From Sphingomonadaceae bacterium (GTDB lineage Bacteria > Pseudomonadota > Alphaproteobacteria > Sphingomonadales > Sphingomonadaceae): a stretch of DNA of 64,000 bases. Shown piece after piece: positions 47,023 to 56,793 of the stretch (the first letter of the stretch is position 1; each line of letters opens with the position of its first letter). The notes under the pieces were generated by a model. The model searched no databases. It was given only the letters and a program-made list of their open reading frames with translations, and was not told the origin of the DNA. The translations under genes were made by a program, and so were the position numbers. The stretch lies in NCBI GenBank assembly GCA_041739175.1, contig JBGSOJ010000007.1, positions 937 to 64,936 of the forward strand, in the 5' to 3' direction.

Positions 47023-47234
47023 TCGGACTTGGGCTCAACAGGGAGAACAGCCGATTCGCCGTCATCGGGCGGCGGCGGCGCCTGCGGGAGGCCGCCATCG
47101 TTCATCTCATTCGGCTCAAGCCCGCGTCGTTTTCCGTCGGTCGAGCGTTCCGTATTGCCATCGGACACCGTCACGCATCCGCTGACTAGAGTTGCGGCCA
47201 TAACCAGCAGAGTAATGCGCGGCGCCCGCATCAT
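47019..47234 (-). CDS. small lipoprotein (71 aa)
   Basis: Lipobox LVSGC after a basic/hydrophobic signal, acidic Pro-rich tail. Start overlaps the upstream stop (TAATG). Confidence 0.5.
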   Translation of the reverse strand: MMRAPRITLLVMAATLVSGCVTVSDGNTERSTDGKRRGLEPNEMNDGGLPQAPPPPDDGESAVLPVEPKSD

Positions 47235-48061
47235 TAATCCTCCACCGCGTAAGGATTGCCGCCATTCGCAAGAAAATTGCCGCGATATTGTGGTGCAATA
47301 GCAGCCACCATCGGCGCGGTAATTGGCAGGTTCAGCACATAAGCACCCTCGGCATAGGGACCCGCTTCATAGGGACCAATGAACACCTCCAACCGGTCAA
47401 ATTTGCCGGGCGTTTTGCTTTTCCAAACCAAAGTTTGATCGATCAGGTTGACGCAATCCCCAAACATATCGTCGCGCACAACCGGTTCGCCGCGCCGCTT
47501 TTCACGTTCGGTGTCAAGCAAGCGGCAAAATTCCTCTTCAATCGCGGCAGTAAAGGCGTCGGTGTCGCCAATAAGGTCACGCGAAAGCAATATCTCATCG
47601 CCACGCTTATCATACACAAAGTCGCGCAAACCATACATGCCGTGCGCGCCGCCCATGTAATTGTACCAGCTGCCCGAAAGGCTGATTAAATCGTCGGTTT
47701 GCGCCGCGACTTCCCATGTCATATTGGTTTCGTATGTGGGTTTAAATTCGTTGGTCGGGTCTTTCAGGCGTTCGTCTTCATTGAAAGAGGCCTCCAACTC
47801 ACCCTGCATCTGCATTGCGTCCGTACGGAAATAGTCCAATAATTTCGGAAAGGCCGCTGCTGTCACTGGCCAGCTGTATTGGAAATTGAAATTGTCGCGG
47901 GTAACCTCGATTGAGGAGGCATCGCCTGCGGCAGGGCTGCTGGCGACGGCGACTGCGACAATTGGCGCAACGCCAGTGGCGGCGAGACTATCCGTTTGAC
48001 ACCCAGAAACGCAGACTACTCCCGTCAGCATTGTCCCGGCTATCCATAGGCCTAACTGCAT
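47234..48061 (-). CDS. DUF3298/DUF4163-like lipoprotein
   Basis: MQLGLWIAGTMLTGVVCVSGC lipobox. SWYNYMGGAHGMYG motif characteristic of DUF3298. The 431-aa ORF in the track is an unsupported 5' extension. Confidence 0.65.
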   Translation of the reverse strand: MQLGLWIAGTMLTGVVCVSGCQTDSLAATGVAPIVAVAVASSPAAGDASSIEVTRDNFNFQYSWPVTAAAFPKLLDYFRTDAMQMQGELEASFNEDERLKDPTNEFKPTYETNMTWEVAAQTDDLISLSGSWYNYMGGAHGMYGLRDFVYDKRGDEILLSRDLIGDTDAFTAAIEEEFCRLLDTEREKRRGEPVVRDDMFGDCVNLIDQTLVWKSKTPGKFDRLEVFIGPYEAGPYAEGAYVLNLPITAPMVAAIAPQYRGNFLANGGNPYAVED

Positions 48062-48123
48062 AAATTCGCCCTTCCCGTAAAAAACTGCTTGGCAAAGTCG
48101 TCTTGACGGCCAAGACATGAACC

Positions 48124-49521
48124 ATGACCGAACCAAATGCAATTGTTCAGCCCGATAAGGGCCAATCCGCTCAAAACATTTACCTCGTCGACAAAAGCAG
48201 CGTCGATGAATGGACAAAAGCCCAATCTGCACCCGTCCGGGCGTTGCTTCAGGCGCAAGGGTTCTCGGGGAAAGCGGGGGAGTATGCCGTTCTGCCGGCC
48301 ACCGCGAAGGACGGCGCAGATTGGGCCATAGTGGCCGGCGTAAAGGATACGAAAGGGCTGAACAGTTGGTGCCTTTCCGGCCTTGCCGAAAAACTTCCTG
48401 CCGGGACTTACCGCCTTGTCGATAGCGACGCGGGGGCTGCGGTATTGGGCTGGATCTTGGCGCATCACCAATTTGACCGTTACAAATCTGAGCGCGAAGC
48501 AAAGGCCCCGCGCATTCTGCTGTGTGCACACAATGAGTCGGCCATCGCCCTCACCGCTGAGGCCAAATCGGTGGCAACGGTGCGTGATTTGGTCAACACA
48601 CCCGCCGAAGATATGGGGCCGGAAGCATTGGAGTCGCACGCTGCTGCGCTCGCCCAAACGTACAATGGCGCGTTAACAGTGACGCGGGGCGATGCCCTCC
48701 AAAAAGATTTTCCGCTAATCCATGCCGTTGGCCGCGCCGCCGCGCGCAGCCATGCGCCGCGATTGATTGAGCTGGCGTGGGGGCGTGAAGATGCGCCGCG
48801 CGTCGCCATCGTTGGCAAGGGTGTCGTGTTCGATACGGGCGGCTTAGACATCAAACCGTCGTCGGGGATGCGGTTGATGAAAAAGGACATGGGCGGCGCG
48901 GCCCACGCCTTGGCTTTGGCGGAATTGATCATGGCCGCCAAACTTCCCGTACGATTGCACTTGCTTGTTCCTGCAGTTGAGAATGCAATTGCTGGAAACG
49001 CCTTTCGTCCGGGCGATATTGTGAAAAGCCGCAAAAGCATAACGGTCGAAATCGACAATACCGACGCCGAAGGGCGGCTGGTGCTCGCCGATGCGCTCAC
49101 GCGGGCGGAGGAGGAAAAGCCTGAGCTGATTGTCAATTTCGCCACGCTAACCGGCGCGGCGCGCGTGGCGCTTGGCCCCGACTTGCCAGCGCTTTTCGCC
49201 AATGACGATGCGCTTGCCGGTGCGATATTGGCGCATGGGCTAGGATGTGATGATCCCGTCTGGCGAATGCCGCTGCATGCGCCTTATGCCGATATGCTGG
49301 CCAGCGATGTGGCCGATACCGCAAATGCCGGCGGCGGCGCGATGGCAGGCGCAATTAGCGCCGCGCTGTTCCTACAAAAATTCGTCGCCGATGGGACGCC
49401 GTGGGCGCATCTGGATACTTTCGCATGGCGGGCAACGGCCAAGCCCGGACGGCCAAAGGGAGGCGAAGCCCTTGGCCTGCGGGCCGTTTGGCGGATGGTA
49501 AAGGCGCGCTATTCGGCTTGA
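48124..49521 (+). CDS. M17 leucyl aminopeptidase family protein
   Basis: M17 signature NTDAEGRLVLADAL, VFDTGGLDIKP, MKKDMGGAA. Confidence 0.85.
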   Translation: MTEPNAIVQPDKGQSAQNIYLVDKSSVDEWTKAQSAPVRALLQAQGFSGKAGEYAVLPATAKDGADWAIVAGVKDTKGLNSWCLSGLAEKLPAGTYRLVDSDAGAAVLGWILAHHQFDRYKSEREAKAPRILLCAHNESAIALTAEAKSVATVRDLVNTPAEDMGPEALESHAAALAQTYNGALTVTRGDALQKDFPLIHAVGRAAARSHAPRLIELAWGREDAPRVAIVGKGVVFDTGGLDIKPSSGMRLMKKDMGGAAHALALAELIMAAKLPVRLHLLVPAVENAIAGNAFRPGDIVKSRKSITVEIDNTDAEGRLVLADALTRAEEEKPELIVNFATLTGAARVALGPDLPALFANDDALAGAILAHGLGCDDPVWRMPLHAPYADMLASDVADTANAGGGAMAGAISAALFLQKFVADGTPWAHLDTFAWRATAKPGRPKGGEALGLRAVWRMVKARYSA

Positions 49522-49523
49522 CC

Positions 49524-50411
49524 CTATGCGGGCTTGCGCCCCGCGTTTAACGCGTCGGCCAGCGACACCGTGGCACTGCCGCGCCTTGCGGCTTTAGGCT
49601 GATCGGGCGAAGGTGCCCATCCACTCATAAAAGCGACCGTGACATATTCGGCCACACGCCCCTCAGCATCAGAACGCCCGGCCCACGCCGAGAGCGCCCG
49701 CGAAACAGCGCCTTTGCCCTTTAGCAATGTTTGCGTGGCCAACGCATTCCCCTGCCCCAATGCGCGAAGGTCCGCCAGGGCCTTTAAGGCATCCGCATAC
49801 GTCAGCGTAAGTTGTTCCTCATCGACAACCGGCAAAGCAAATCCCGCGCGTTGCATCAAATCGCCAAGGCTACGCAAATCGACTTGCGGGTGAATGCGCG
49901 CAACGCCGCGATCATCGTCCGCCGCCTGCATTGCGGCGCGTAAGGTCGGCAGGCTGCCGTGCCCAAACATGGCGCCTAGGAAAAGCCCATCGGGCTTCAG
50001 CGCCAGCCGAAATTGCGTCAGCACGCCGGGTATATCATTCGCTGATTCGAGCATTGGCGCACACAAGATGAGGTCATACCGCCCCATACCTTCGCGCACA
50101 TCGCCGCCACCCGCGAGCGATTCAACGAGACCCTCCGCCGCAAGGGGTGTGCCAATCTCACCGATGGAATAGGCAAAATGATCAATCTCAGCGCCATGCA
50201 ATTCGAACCGGGTCGAAAGCCCTGCAATTGGGCCCACGACAGCAACGCGCCGGAAATCACGCGCGACAAAGGCCAACCGCTCGGCAAGCTCTTCGGCCAA
50301 ATATTCGACCAGAAAGTGCGCATGGATCGGGCCAATCGCCTGCGCGCGTTGTCGCTTGGCTGAGCGGATCACCGCGCTGAATATCCTGGGGGGTGCAGCA
50401 GAATCGGACAT
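49524..50411 (-). CDS. SAM-dependent methyltransferase family protein
   Basis: Class I MTase-like core (RVAVVGPIAG..., YDLILCAPMLESANDIPGVL). Divergent from comF, as in many alphaproteobacteria. Confidence 0.6.
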   Translation of the reverse strand: MSDSAAPPRIFSAVIRSAKRQRAQAIGPIHAHFLVEYLAEELAERLAFVARDFRRVAVVGPIAGLSTRFELHGAEIDHFAYSIGEIGTPLAAEGLVESLAGGGDVREGMGRYDLILCAPMLESANDIPGVLTQFRLALKPDGLFLGAMFGHGSLPTLRAAMQAADDDRGVARIHPQVDLRSLGDLMQRAGFALPVVDEEQLTLTYADALKALADLRALGQGNALATQTLLKGKGAVSRALSAWAGRSDAEGRVAEYVTVAFMSGWAPSPDQPKAARRGSATVSLADALNAGRKPA

Positions 50412-50481
50412 ATGCCCGCATTGCGCTTGTCATTGCGCGACGACAAGGCAAGAATGCAATCAGCGGCAACAGGGGATGCAT

Positions 50482-51279
50482 ATGGGGGCCAGCGAACTGC
50501 AAAAATTGGCCCACAATCTGGGACAGAAGGCGCTGAATTTCGCGCTTCCGCCGCGCTGTGTTTTATGCGGCACAATGGATGTAGCGAGCGTCAATTTCTG
50601 CCTCCCGTGTTGGAGCACCCTAACCATTCTGGACACCAACGGCTGCATCGGGTGCGGCCAGCCGCTGCCGCCAGCGGCTTTGATGGAGAATGCTCCACGG
50701 CGATGCGCAAATTGCACCGCCAATCGGCATCATCACGACGGGATGGCCGCAGCCACAGCGTATGACAAAAATTCGGGCGCGATTGCGATGCGTTTGAAAT
50801 ACGGCAAGAAGGTTGGCTTGGCGCGTCCGATGGCGCGGCAAATGGCGCGCCATTTGCCTGACGACGCCGCGGATTGGGTCCTTGTCCCCGTACCTCTACA
50901 CCGTTGGCGCTTATGGCGACGCGGATTTAATCAAGCCGCGCTTCTGGCGAAAGAATTGACGCGGATAAGCGGCGCTGCGGTTGCACCAGACGCGTTGATT
51001 CGGCGGCGCGCAACCCAGTCACTGGGACACATGCAAGGAGAGCAAAGACGACAAGAGCTAAAGGACGCCATTGTGCCGCATCATCGGCGACAGGCGCGCG
51101 TTCGGGGCCATCGCGTGGTCCTCATCGACGATGTTATAACCAGCGGCGCGACGAGCGATGCCTGCGTCCGCGCTCTCAAGGATGCAGGCGCAGCATCTGT
51201 GCGCGTCGTCGCTTGGGCGCGGGTTATCCCGGACACGGTACAAAACGATGCAATCGGCGCGCGAAGCGATTGGGCTTGA
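50482..51279 (+). CDS. comF: ComF family protein (PRTase-like)
   Basis: Cys pairs CVLCG/CLPCW and CIGCG/CANC. PRPP-binding motif VVLIDDVITSGAT. AGGGG RBS 6 nt before ATG 50482. Confidence 0.75.
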   Translation: MGASELQKLAHNLGQKALNFALPPRCVLCGTMDVASVNFCLPCWSTLTILDTNGCIGCGQPLPPAALMENAPRRCANCTANRHHHDGMAAATAYDKNSGAIAMRLKYGKKVGLARPMARQMARHLPDDAADWVLVPVPLHRWRLWRRGFNQAALLAKELTRISGAAVAPDALIRRRATQSLGHMQGEQRRQELKDAIVPHHRRQARVRGHRVVLIDDVITSGATSDACVRALKDAGAASVRVVAWARVIPDTVQNDAIGARSDWA

Positions 51280-51311
51280 AAACCGGCCAAGTTTGGCCCA
51301 AATCTACTCGC

Positions 51312-51584
51312 ATGAGTAAGACATCCGCACCCATCACCATTTATTCCAAATTCACCTGCCCCTATTGCGCCCGCGCAAAGGCATTATTGTCGTCAAAGGG
51401 CGTCGCTTTCGAAGAAATCGATGTCACGATGGATAAGGCAAAGCGGGACGAAATGCTTGCGCGGGCTAATGGCGGGCGGACCGTGCCCCAGATTTTCGTC
51501 GGTGACACCCATATCGGCGGCAGCGATGATTTGGCGGCGATGGAGCGTGCAGGAACGCTTGACGCCCTGCTGTTCCCCGCCTGA
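51312..51584 (+). CDS. grxC: glutaredoxin 3
   Basis: CPYC active site, TVPQIFVGDTHIGGSDD. Confidence 0.9.
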   Translation: MSKTSAPITIYSKFTCPYCARAKALLSSKGVAFEEIDVTMDKAKRDEMLARANGGRTVPQIFVGDTHIGGSDDLAAMERAGTLDALLFPA

Positions 51585-51592
51585 GCGCGGAC

Positions 51593-52435
51593 ATGCGCGT
51601 CGCTTGCCTGCAAATGACGAGCGGCGTTGATCCCGCCGCGAACACAGCGGTAATAGCACAGGCGTGTGTCGATGCCGCAACCGGCGGTGCGCAAATGTTA
51701 ACGACGCCGGAAATGGCGGTACTGCTTGACCGCGACCGTGGCCGCGCTGCGGCGCATATTTCGACAGAAGAGGAAAGCATACCCTTGCGGCTGTGCCGTG
51801 AGGCGGCGGCGAAGGCAGGCATTTGGCTGCATATCGGGTCAATGGCTTTGCTCGCCGACAGCGGCGATAAATGGGTAAACCGCGCTTTCCTTATTGCCCC
51901 CAATGGGGCGATCGTGGCGCGTTACGACAAAATCCATTTGTTCGATGTGCAATTGGCAACCGGCGAGCATTGGGCCGAATCGAGCGCCTATGCGCCGGGT
52001 GAACGCGTGGTCGTCGTCGATACGCCCATGGGCCGTATCGCGCTGGCGATATGTTATGATCTGCGCTTTCCGTTGTTGTTCGACCGATTGGGGGCCACGC
52101 GGCCTGATGTGATATTGTGCCCGGCGGCGTTTACACGCACCACCGGCGCGCCACATTGGCATTTGCTGACCCGCGCCCGCGGGGTGGAAAGCGGTTGTTT
52201 CTTAATCGCTGCGGCGCAATCGGGGCGACATGCGGATGGACGGGAAACCTATGGCCACTCGATCGCTGTTGGCCCATGGGGCGAAGTCCTGATGGACATG
52301 GGCGCGGAGGCCGGATTGGCATTCATTGATCTGGATTTTGCGGAAAACGCCCGCATTCGCGCACAATTGCCCGGCATGGGCAATCGTCGCGACATTGCGG
52401 AGGCCATGATCATCGACGCACGAGGCTTTGCATGA
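51593..52435 (+). CDS. carbon-nitrogen hydrolase (nitrilase superfamily, omega-amidase-like)
   Basis: MRVACLQMTSG, catalytic Cys context IALAICYDLRFP, HLFD. Confidence 0.85.
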   Translation: MRVACLQMTSGVDPAANTAVIAQACVDAATGGAQMLTTPEMAVLLDRDRGRAAAHISTEEESIPLRLCREAAAKAGIWLHIGSMALLADSGDKWVNRAFLIAPNGAIVARYDKIHLFDVQLATGEHWAESSAYAPGERVVVVDTPMGRIALAICYDLRFPLLFDRLGATRPDVILCPAAFTRTTGAPHWHLLTRARGVESGCFLIAAAQSGRHADGRETYGHSIAVGPWGEVLMDMGAEAGLAFIDLDFAENARIRAQLPGMGNRRDIAEAMIIDARGFA

Positions 52436-52947
52436 TCGCCTTTGACCTGAAATGCCGCCCGCATGAACATCGTTTTGAAGGGTGGTTTGCGGCTTTTTCC
52501 GATTTTGAAGCCCAATTGGCGCAAGGCTATATTGCCTGCCCAACCTGCGGCAGTGCGGATGTCGTCAAAGCGCTGTCGGTGCCCAATGTTGGCGTAAAGT
52601 CAAACCGGGCGGTGGTGGAGACTTCTGCTAATCAGCAAAGTACTGCGCCCACTCAAAACACGGCCACTCCTCCTGATTACGCCGCCATGTCAGTGTCGTC
52701 CATTATACCACCCGCTATGCGTGACGTGATCGCAAAAGTGGCGGCGGCCCAAGCGGAGGCGTTATCCAATTCTGAATGGGTCGGCGACGGCTTTGTCGAG
52801 GAAGTGCGCGCGCAGCATTATGGAGAGACGGATATCAGGCCTGTCCACGGTGAGGCATCGGCCAAAGCCGCCGCTGAACTGGCCGAGGAAGGCATTGCGG
52901 TGATGCCGATACTGTTCCCAATTGTTCCGCCGAACCATCGAAATTAA
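52432..52947 (+). CDS. DUF1178 family protein
   Basis: MIAFDLKC..HEHRFEGWF and CPTCGS zinc-ribbon-like N-terminus. ATGA overlap upstream. Confidence 0.75.
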   Translation: MIAFDLKCRPHEHRFEGWFAAFSDFEAQLAQGYIACPTCGSADVVKALSVPNVGVKSNRAVVETSANQQSTAPTQNTATPPDYAAMSVSSIIPPAMRDVIAKVAAAQAEALSNSEWVGDGFVEEVRAQHYGETDIRPVHGEASAKAAAELAEEGIAVMPILFPIVPPNHRN

Positions 52948-52982
52948 GCCTTCGTCAACGGGTTTGATGTATCGCAGCCGGT

Positions 52983-53483
52983 ATGTCCAAAGTCATTCGC
53001 ACAGGCACAATATACCGGATGGTTGGCTTTATGGCGGCGATTGTCATCACGCTTGCTATTGCCGTGCCTATGGTTGCGCAATCCATGATCCAAGCGGGCG
53101 CGGCGCAGGATATAGAGCTTGCGGCAAGGCCCGATGCCAACGCCCCGATTGCAACGCCCGTTGAAGCGCCAAAGCAACCCAAAGCGCCGCGCACGCCGGT
53201 AGCATTCGGCGCGCCGACAATGTCAGCCGCTCCGACAAACCCAGCAATTGGCCGTGTAGATCAACAAAAGCAAAACGACGCATCGCCAACCCAAACGCCC
53301 AACCCGTCAACGCCCAATCCATCGAACGCTTCCCCCAATCAGGGAAGTTCGGATCCGACTGTACCGTCAAGCCTTAGCGCAATTCCAGCGCCGGGGCCAA
53401 AAGTTGGCACCGTGAGTGGTGTGAGCAGATATCCAACGGCAACCCGCTCTTCTGGGTCAGGGCGCATGGTTACCGTGCAATAG
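52983..53483 (+). CDS. hypothetical membrane-anchored Pro/Ala/Asn-rich protein
   Basis: One N-terminal TM helix, then a low-complexity sequence. Coding status is uncertain. Confidence 0.35.
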   Translation: MSKVIRTGTIYRMVGFMAAIVITLAIAVPMVAQSMIQAGAAQDIELAARPDANAPIATPVEAPKQPKAPRTPVAFGAPTMSAAPTNPAIGRVDQQKQNDASPTQTPNPSTPNPSNASPNQGSSDPTVPSSLSAIPAPGPKVGTVSGVSRYPTATRSSGSGRMVTVQ

Positions 53484-53502
53484 AAACCCCGTGCGCCAAA
53501 TT

Positions 53503-54084
53503 TTATTGCGGCGGTAAAGGCAACTCGGTTTCTTCAACAGGCGGTTCCAAATCGACCGTCGGCACATCATTGGCGTCACGCTCGGCACGCATACGTTCCT
53601 GCTCAGCGATGGCCGCTTCTGAACGCGCTTGCTCTTCGGCGGCCTCTGCATCGAGTTCAGCGAGACGGCGCTCCCGCTCTTCTTCTACCAACCGGCCCGC
53701 TTGCAATTTGCCCATGCTATCGCGTTCGGCCCAATAGGCGTTTATCAATTGCTGGTTGCAACCGCTGAAACCGCCTGCGCCGGAGGGAGAGCAACTCATG
53801 GCACCGCTCGCCCCGACCATTTCATAGGATTTGACGCGACTATTCCACGATTGCTCCGACAAAGCATCGGGGTTGCCGCGCAAATCGGGGGGAATTCGGT
53901 AGCGTTCTTCTTCGCCAAGACGCGGGCAAACCACGATTTCCCCATCGACGCTAGGCGGGCATTCATCATCGCCGTAAACAATTACCAAATTAACCCGCTC
54001 CCCACCTTGCGCAGAAACGGGCGCGGCCATTGCCATTAATGGGACGGCGGACAAAGATAGACGAAGGATCGCGGCGATTTTCAT
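53503..54084 (-). CDS. hypothetical secreted protein
   Basis: Signal peptide ...MAMAAPVSAQ, four Cys, Glu/Arg-rich coiled C-terminus. 36 nt downstream of coq7. Confidence 0.5.
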   Translation of the reverse strand: MKIAAILRLSLSAVPLMAMAAPVSAQGGERVNLVIVYGDDECPPSVDGEIVVCPRLGEEERYRIPPDLRGNPDALSEQSWNSRVKSYEMVGASGAMSCSPSGAGGFSGCNQQLINAYWAERDSMGKLQAGRLVEEERERRLAELDAEAAEEQARSEAAIAEQERMRAERDANDVPTVDLEPPVEETELPLPPQ

Positions 54085-54120
54085 AAATTGACTCCAATGA
54101 AATAACGGTCAGGCGGCGAC

Positions 54121-54666
54121 CTAAATCCGTTTTGATACGGCAATTGCGGCCTTACAACCCATGCGGATAACAGCAGAAAGAAATGGATATCCGGGCGCGG
54201 ACTCCGCGCCGTGGTCAATGGCAATCTGCTTATGTTCGACTTCTTCTGCCTGAAATTTGGTAATCATGGCCGAAAGTTCGGGATCCGACCCATTCAGTTC
54301 GGCGAGTTGTTCCGCATAATGCTTGTCAATTTCCGTTTCCACCGCAACCGTGCAGGCCATAGCGGCGCGTGGCCCCATAGCAGCAGTCGCTGCGCCTAAA
54401 GCAAATCCAGCGACATCCCAAAACGGCTGCAAAAGCGTTGGTCGGACGCGACGTTCGGTCATTAACGCATTAAATGCCGCCAAGTGTTCATCTTCTTGCG
54501 CGGCCATGTGCGCGACGAGCCGGCTCATCGGCGCATGTTCGCCCATAACCGCCATTTGCCCGCCGTAAATCCGCGTCGCGCCATACTCGCCCGCTTGGTT
54601 AACGCGGATCATCGATTGCACGCGGCGACTTTGGTTCGGGGTAGCACGGACGATTTCAGCTTGCAT
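54121..54666 (-). CDS. coq7: demethoxyubiquinone hydroxylase (di-iron) Coq7
   Basis: IRVNQAGEYGATRIYGGQ and repeated EExH-type di-iron motifs (QEDEHL, EEVEHK). Confidence 0.85.
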   Translation of the reverse strand: MQAEIVRATPNQSRRVQSMIRVNQAGEYGATRIYGGQMAVMGEHAPMSRLVAHMAAQEDEHLAAFNALMTERRVRPTLLQPFWDVAGFALGAATAAMGPRAAMACTVAVETEIDKHYAEQLAELNGSDPELSAMITKFQAEEVEHKQIAIDHGAESAPGYPFLSAVIRMGCKAAIAVSKRI

Positions 54667-54730
54667 CGGACTTGCCTTTCAATGCGGTTGATGACGGCAT
54701 AATGCGCCCAAAGGCTTAGGCATTGCAACC

Positions 54731-54738
54731 TTAACCAT
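54731..54738 (+). promoter_or_regulatory. TTAACCAT half-site between dsbB and coq7
   Basis: Exact 8-mer, 65-72 nt upstream of the coq7 ATG (opposite-strand orientation). Confidence 0.25.
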
Positions 54739-54752
54739 GGCTGACAGCCTTG

Positions 54753-55271
54753 CTATTTATGCAATCGTCCACGGCGCAACAACACCGCAATCACTAACGC
54801 CGCACCGCAAGAGGCCAGGAAATTATACCCAGCCAAAGAAATACCAAACATAGTCCACGGCGCAACATCACACCGCACAATGGGCGCGCGCATTGCCGCG
54901 TCGAGATAGGATTCGCCCGGCAAAGGCTTAAGCGTGCTGGTGCAGGCGGTGAATCCTTCCCACCATTGATATTCAACACCCGCGTGAAACGCCCCGATTA
55001 GGCCGCTCACCGCCATCGCAATGGCCGCCAAAATCGCCAAGGAGCGCGCCAATTGAACGCTTCGCACCATCACCAAAATGGCTATCGCACCAAAAAACAG
55101 GGCAACAAAATGGGGGTACCTCTGCCACCAGCACATTTCGCAAGGGTATAAGCCAAAGCCATATTGGCTAACATACGCCCCGCCCAGCAATATCGCGGGT
55201 GCGAGCAATGCCAGCCAAATCGCCAATCGCGTTGATGCAGACAGGTTTTTCATTGCAAAAATCTTGGCCAA
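54753..55271 (-). CDS. dsbB: disulfide bond formation protein B
   Basis: CEMCWWQRYPH active-site pair, four TM helices, second Cys pair (C...C) in the periplasmic loop. Start may be 55253. Confidence 0.8.
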   Translation of the reverse strand: MAKIFAMKNLSASTRLAIWLALLAPAILLGGAYVSQYGFGLYPCEMCWWQRYPHFVALFFGAIAILVMVRSVQLARSLAILAAIAMAVSGLIGAFHAGVEYQWWEGFTACTSTLKPLPGESYLDAAMRAPIVRCDVAPWTMFGISLAGYNFLASCGAALVIAVLLRRGRLHK

Positions 55272-55284
55272 GTCGCTTACGGGC

Positions 55285-56616
55285 TTATTTCGCTTTGGCT
55301 GCGGTACGCGTTGGCGCAGGCTTACCGCGATTCAACGTTTCCATGGCATACCAAAGCTGAAAATCCTCAATGCCCTTTGCCTTGACCTCGTCAAAGGTCA
55401 TCGCGAAACGCGGATCGTCCTTATCATCCTGAATCAATTTTGCGTCATCCAAGCCCTTTTCATTGGCCAAATGCCGCGACAAATCGACTTCACGGAAACG
55501 CGGACGCGTTTTATAATCGGGGTCGGACAATTGCGGGACGCGGATGTCGGGCTTAATGCCACCTTCTTGCACCGAACGCCCCGATGGCGTGTAATATCGC
55601 GCGGTGGTGAGGCGAAGGCCCGTGGTTTGTGTCAATGGCAGCACCGATTGCACCGACCCTTTACCGAAACTTTGCTCCCCCATCACAATGGCGCGATGTT
55701 GGTCCTGTAACGCGCCGGCGACGATCTCGGAAGCCGATGCCGAACCCGCATCGATCAAGACAATGATCGGGATACCAGCGGCCAAGTCGCCCTTCCGCGC
55801 CGAATAGGTCGCAGATTCGCGCGCGCGGCGCCCCTTTTGACTGACGATAACCCCCTTGTCCAAGAATACATCAGAGACGCGGATTGCCTCATGCAGCAAA
55901 CCGCCGGGGTTCGAACGCATATCGATGATAAAGCCATTTGGCTTACCGCCCAGCTCGTTTTCGATGCTCTTAATCGCTGACGCGACATCGCGGCCTGTGT
56001 CATCCGAAAAGCTGGAGATGGTGATGATGCCAATGTTGCCTTCGACCTTTGAGGTGACCGGCTTAAGGTCGATAATCTCACGCGTGACGGTCACATCGAA
56101 AGGCTTATCGCGCCCTGCGCGCACGATTGTCAGCGTGATGGGCGTCCCTGGAACACCGCGCATCTGCTTCACAGCGTCATCCAAAGTACCGCCGACAATT
56201 AACTTGCCATCCAAATGGGTGATATAGTCGCCGGGCTTAATGCCCGCTCGATCGGCGGGCGTGTCGGCAAACGGCGCGATGACTTTGACCGCATCTTGCT
56301 CTTGCGACACTTGCAGGCCAAGCCCGCCGTACTCGCCCTCGGTCTGAGTCTGAAGTTGTTCAAAATCTTTTGCGTCAAGATAGGCGCTATGCGGATCGAG
56401 GCTGCCCAACAGGCCCGCAATTGCGCCCTCCACCAGCTTGTCATCCTCGACAGGCTCAACATAATCAGCCTTAACGCGTTGATAAACAGAGAAAAGTGGT
56501 GCGAATTTGTCTTGCGAATTGGCCTCAACAGCAGAAAAGGCAGACACGCTCGCCGGCATAGCCGCCACGGCAACGCTAAGCAGAAGTGCTTTGGTGAGAA
56601 TAGTGTTCTTTATCAT
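55285..56616 (-). CDS. ctpA: S41 carboxy-terminal processing protease
   Basis: Signal peptide, PDZ (GIKPGDYITHLDG), catalytic region DAGSASASEIVAGAL and FGKGSVQ. Confidence 0.85.
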   Translation of the reverse strand: MIKNTILTKALLLSVAVAAMPASVSAFSAVEANSQDKFAPLFSVYQRVKADYVEPVEDDKLVEGAIAGLLGSLDPHSAYLDAKDFEQLQTQTEGEYGGLGLQVSQEQDAVKVIAPFADTPADRAGIKPGDYITHLDGKLIVGGTLDDAVKQMRGVPGTPITLTIVRAGRDKPFDVTVTREIIDLKPVTSKVEGNIGIITISSFSDDTGRDVASAIKSIENELGGKPNGFIIDMRSNPGGLLHEAIRVSDVFLDKGVIVSQKGRRARESATYSARKGDLAAGIPIIVLIDAGSASASEIVAGALQDQHRAIVMGEQSFGKGSVQSVLPLTQTTGLRLTTARYYTPSGRSVQEGGIKPDIRVPQLSDPDYKTRPRFREVDLSRHLANEKGLDDAKLIQDDKDDPRFAMTFDEVKAKGIEDFQLWYAMETLNRGKPAPTRTAAKAK

Positions 56617-56739
56617 TCGCGTGTTCCTAAAATTTCGATCGCGCCACCGCATGTTGTAATGCTGTATTTCATGCCAATCGCCTGTATATGCGATGAACAA
56701 GCAATCGCAAAGCCTCTTTGCATCCCCAAAAACGGTAAA

Positions 56740-56778
56740 GGGCCGCGCGGCGGTAAACCACGCGGCCCAATTTTTTTT
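56740..56778. terminator. GC-rich hairpin with flanking T/A runs (bidirectional terminator-like) between the SPOR gene and ctpA
   Basis: GGGCCGCG-N13-CGCGGCCC. AATTTTTTTT on the plus side, TTTACCGTTTTT on the minus side. Confidence 0.45.
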
Positions 56779-56793
56779 AACATCGCCAACGCC

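Noticed and set aside
48062-48529. A 156-aa N-terminal extension of the DUF3298 ORF (track ORF 47234..48529). Similar extensions occur at 59512..60543 and 15674..16321.
   Set aside because: Internal ATGs give textbook lipoprotein or SecE N-termini. The extensions overlap the divergent pepA gene, run through tRNA-Trp, or have no coding features.
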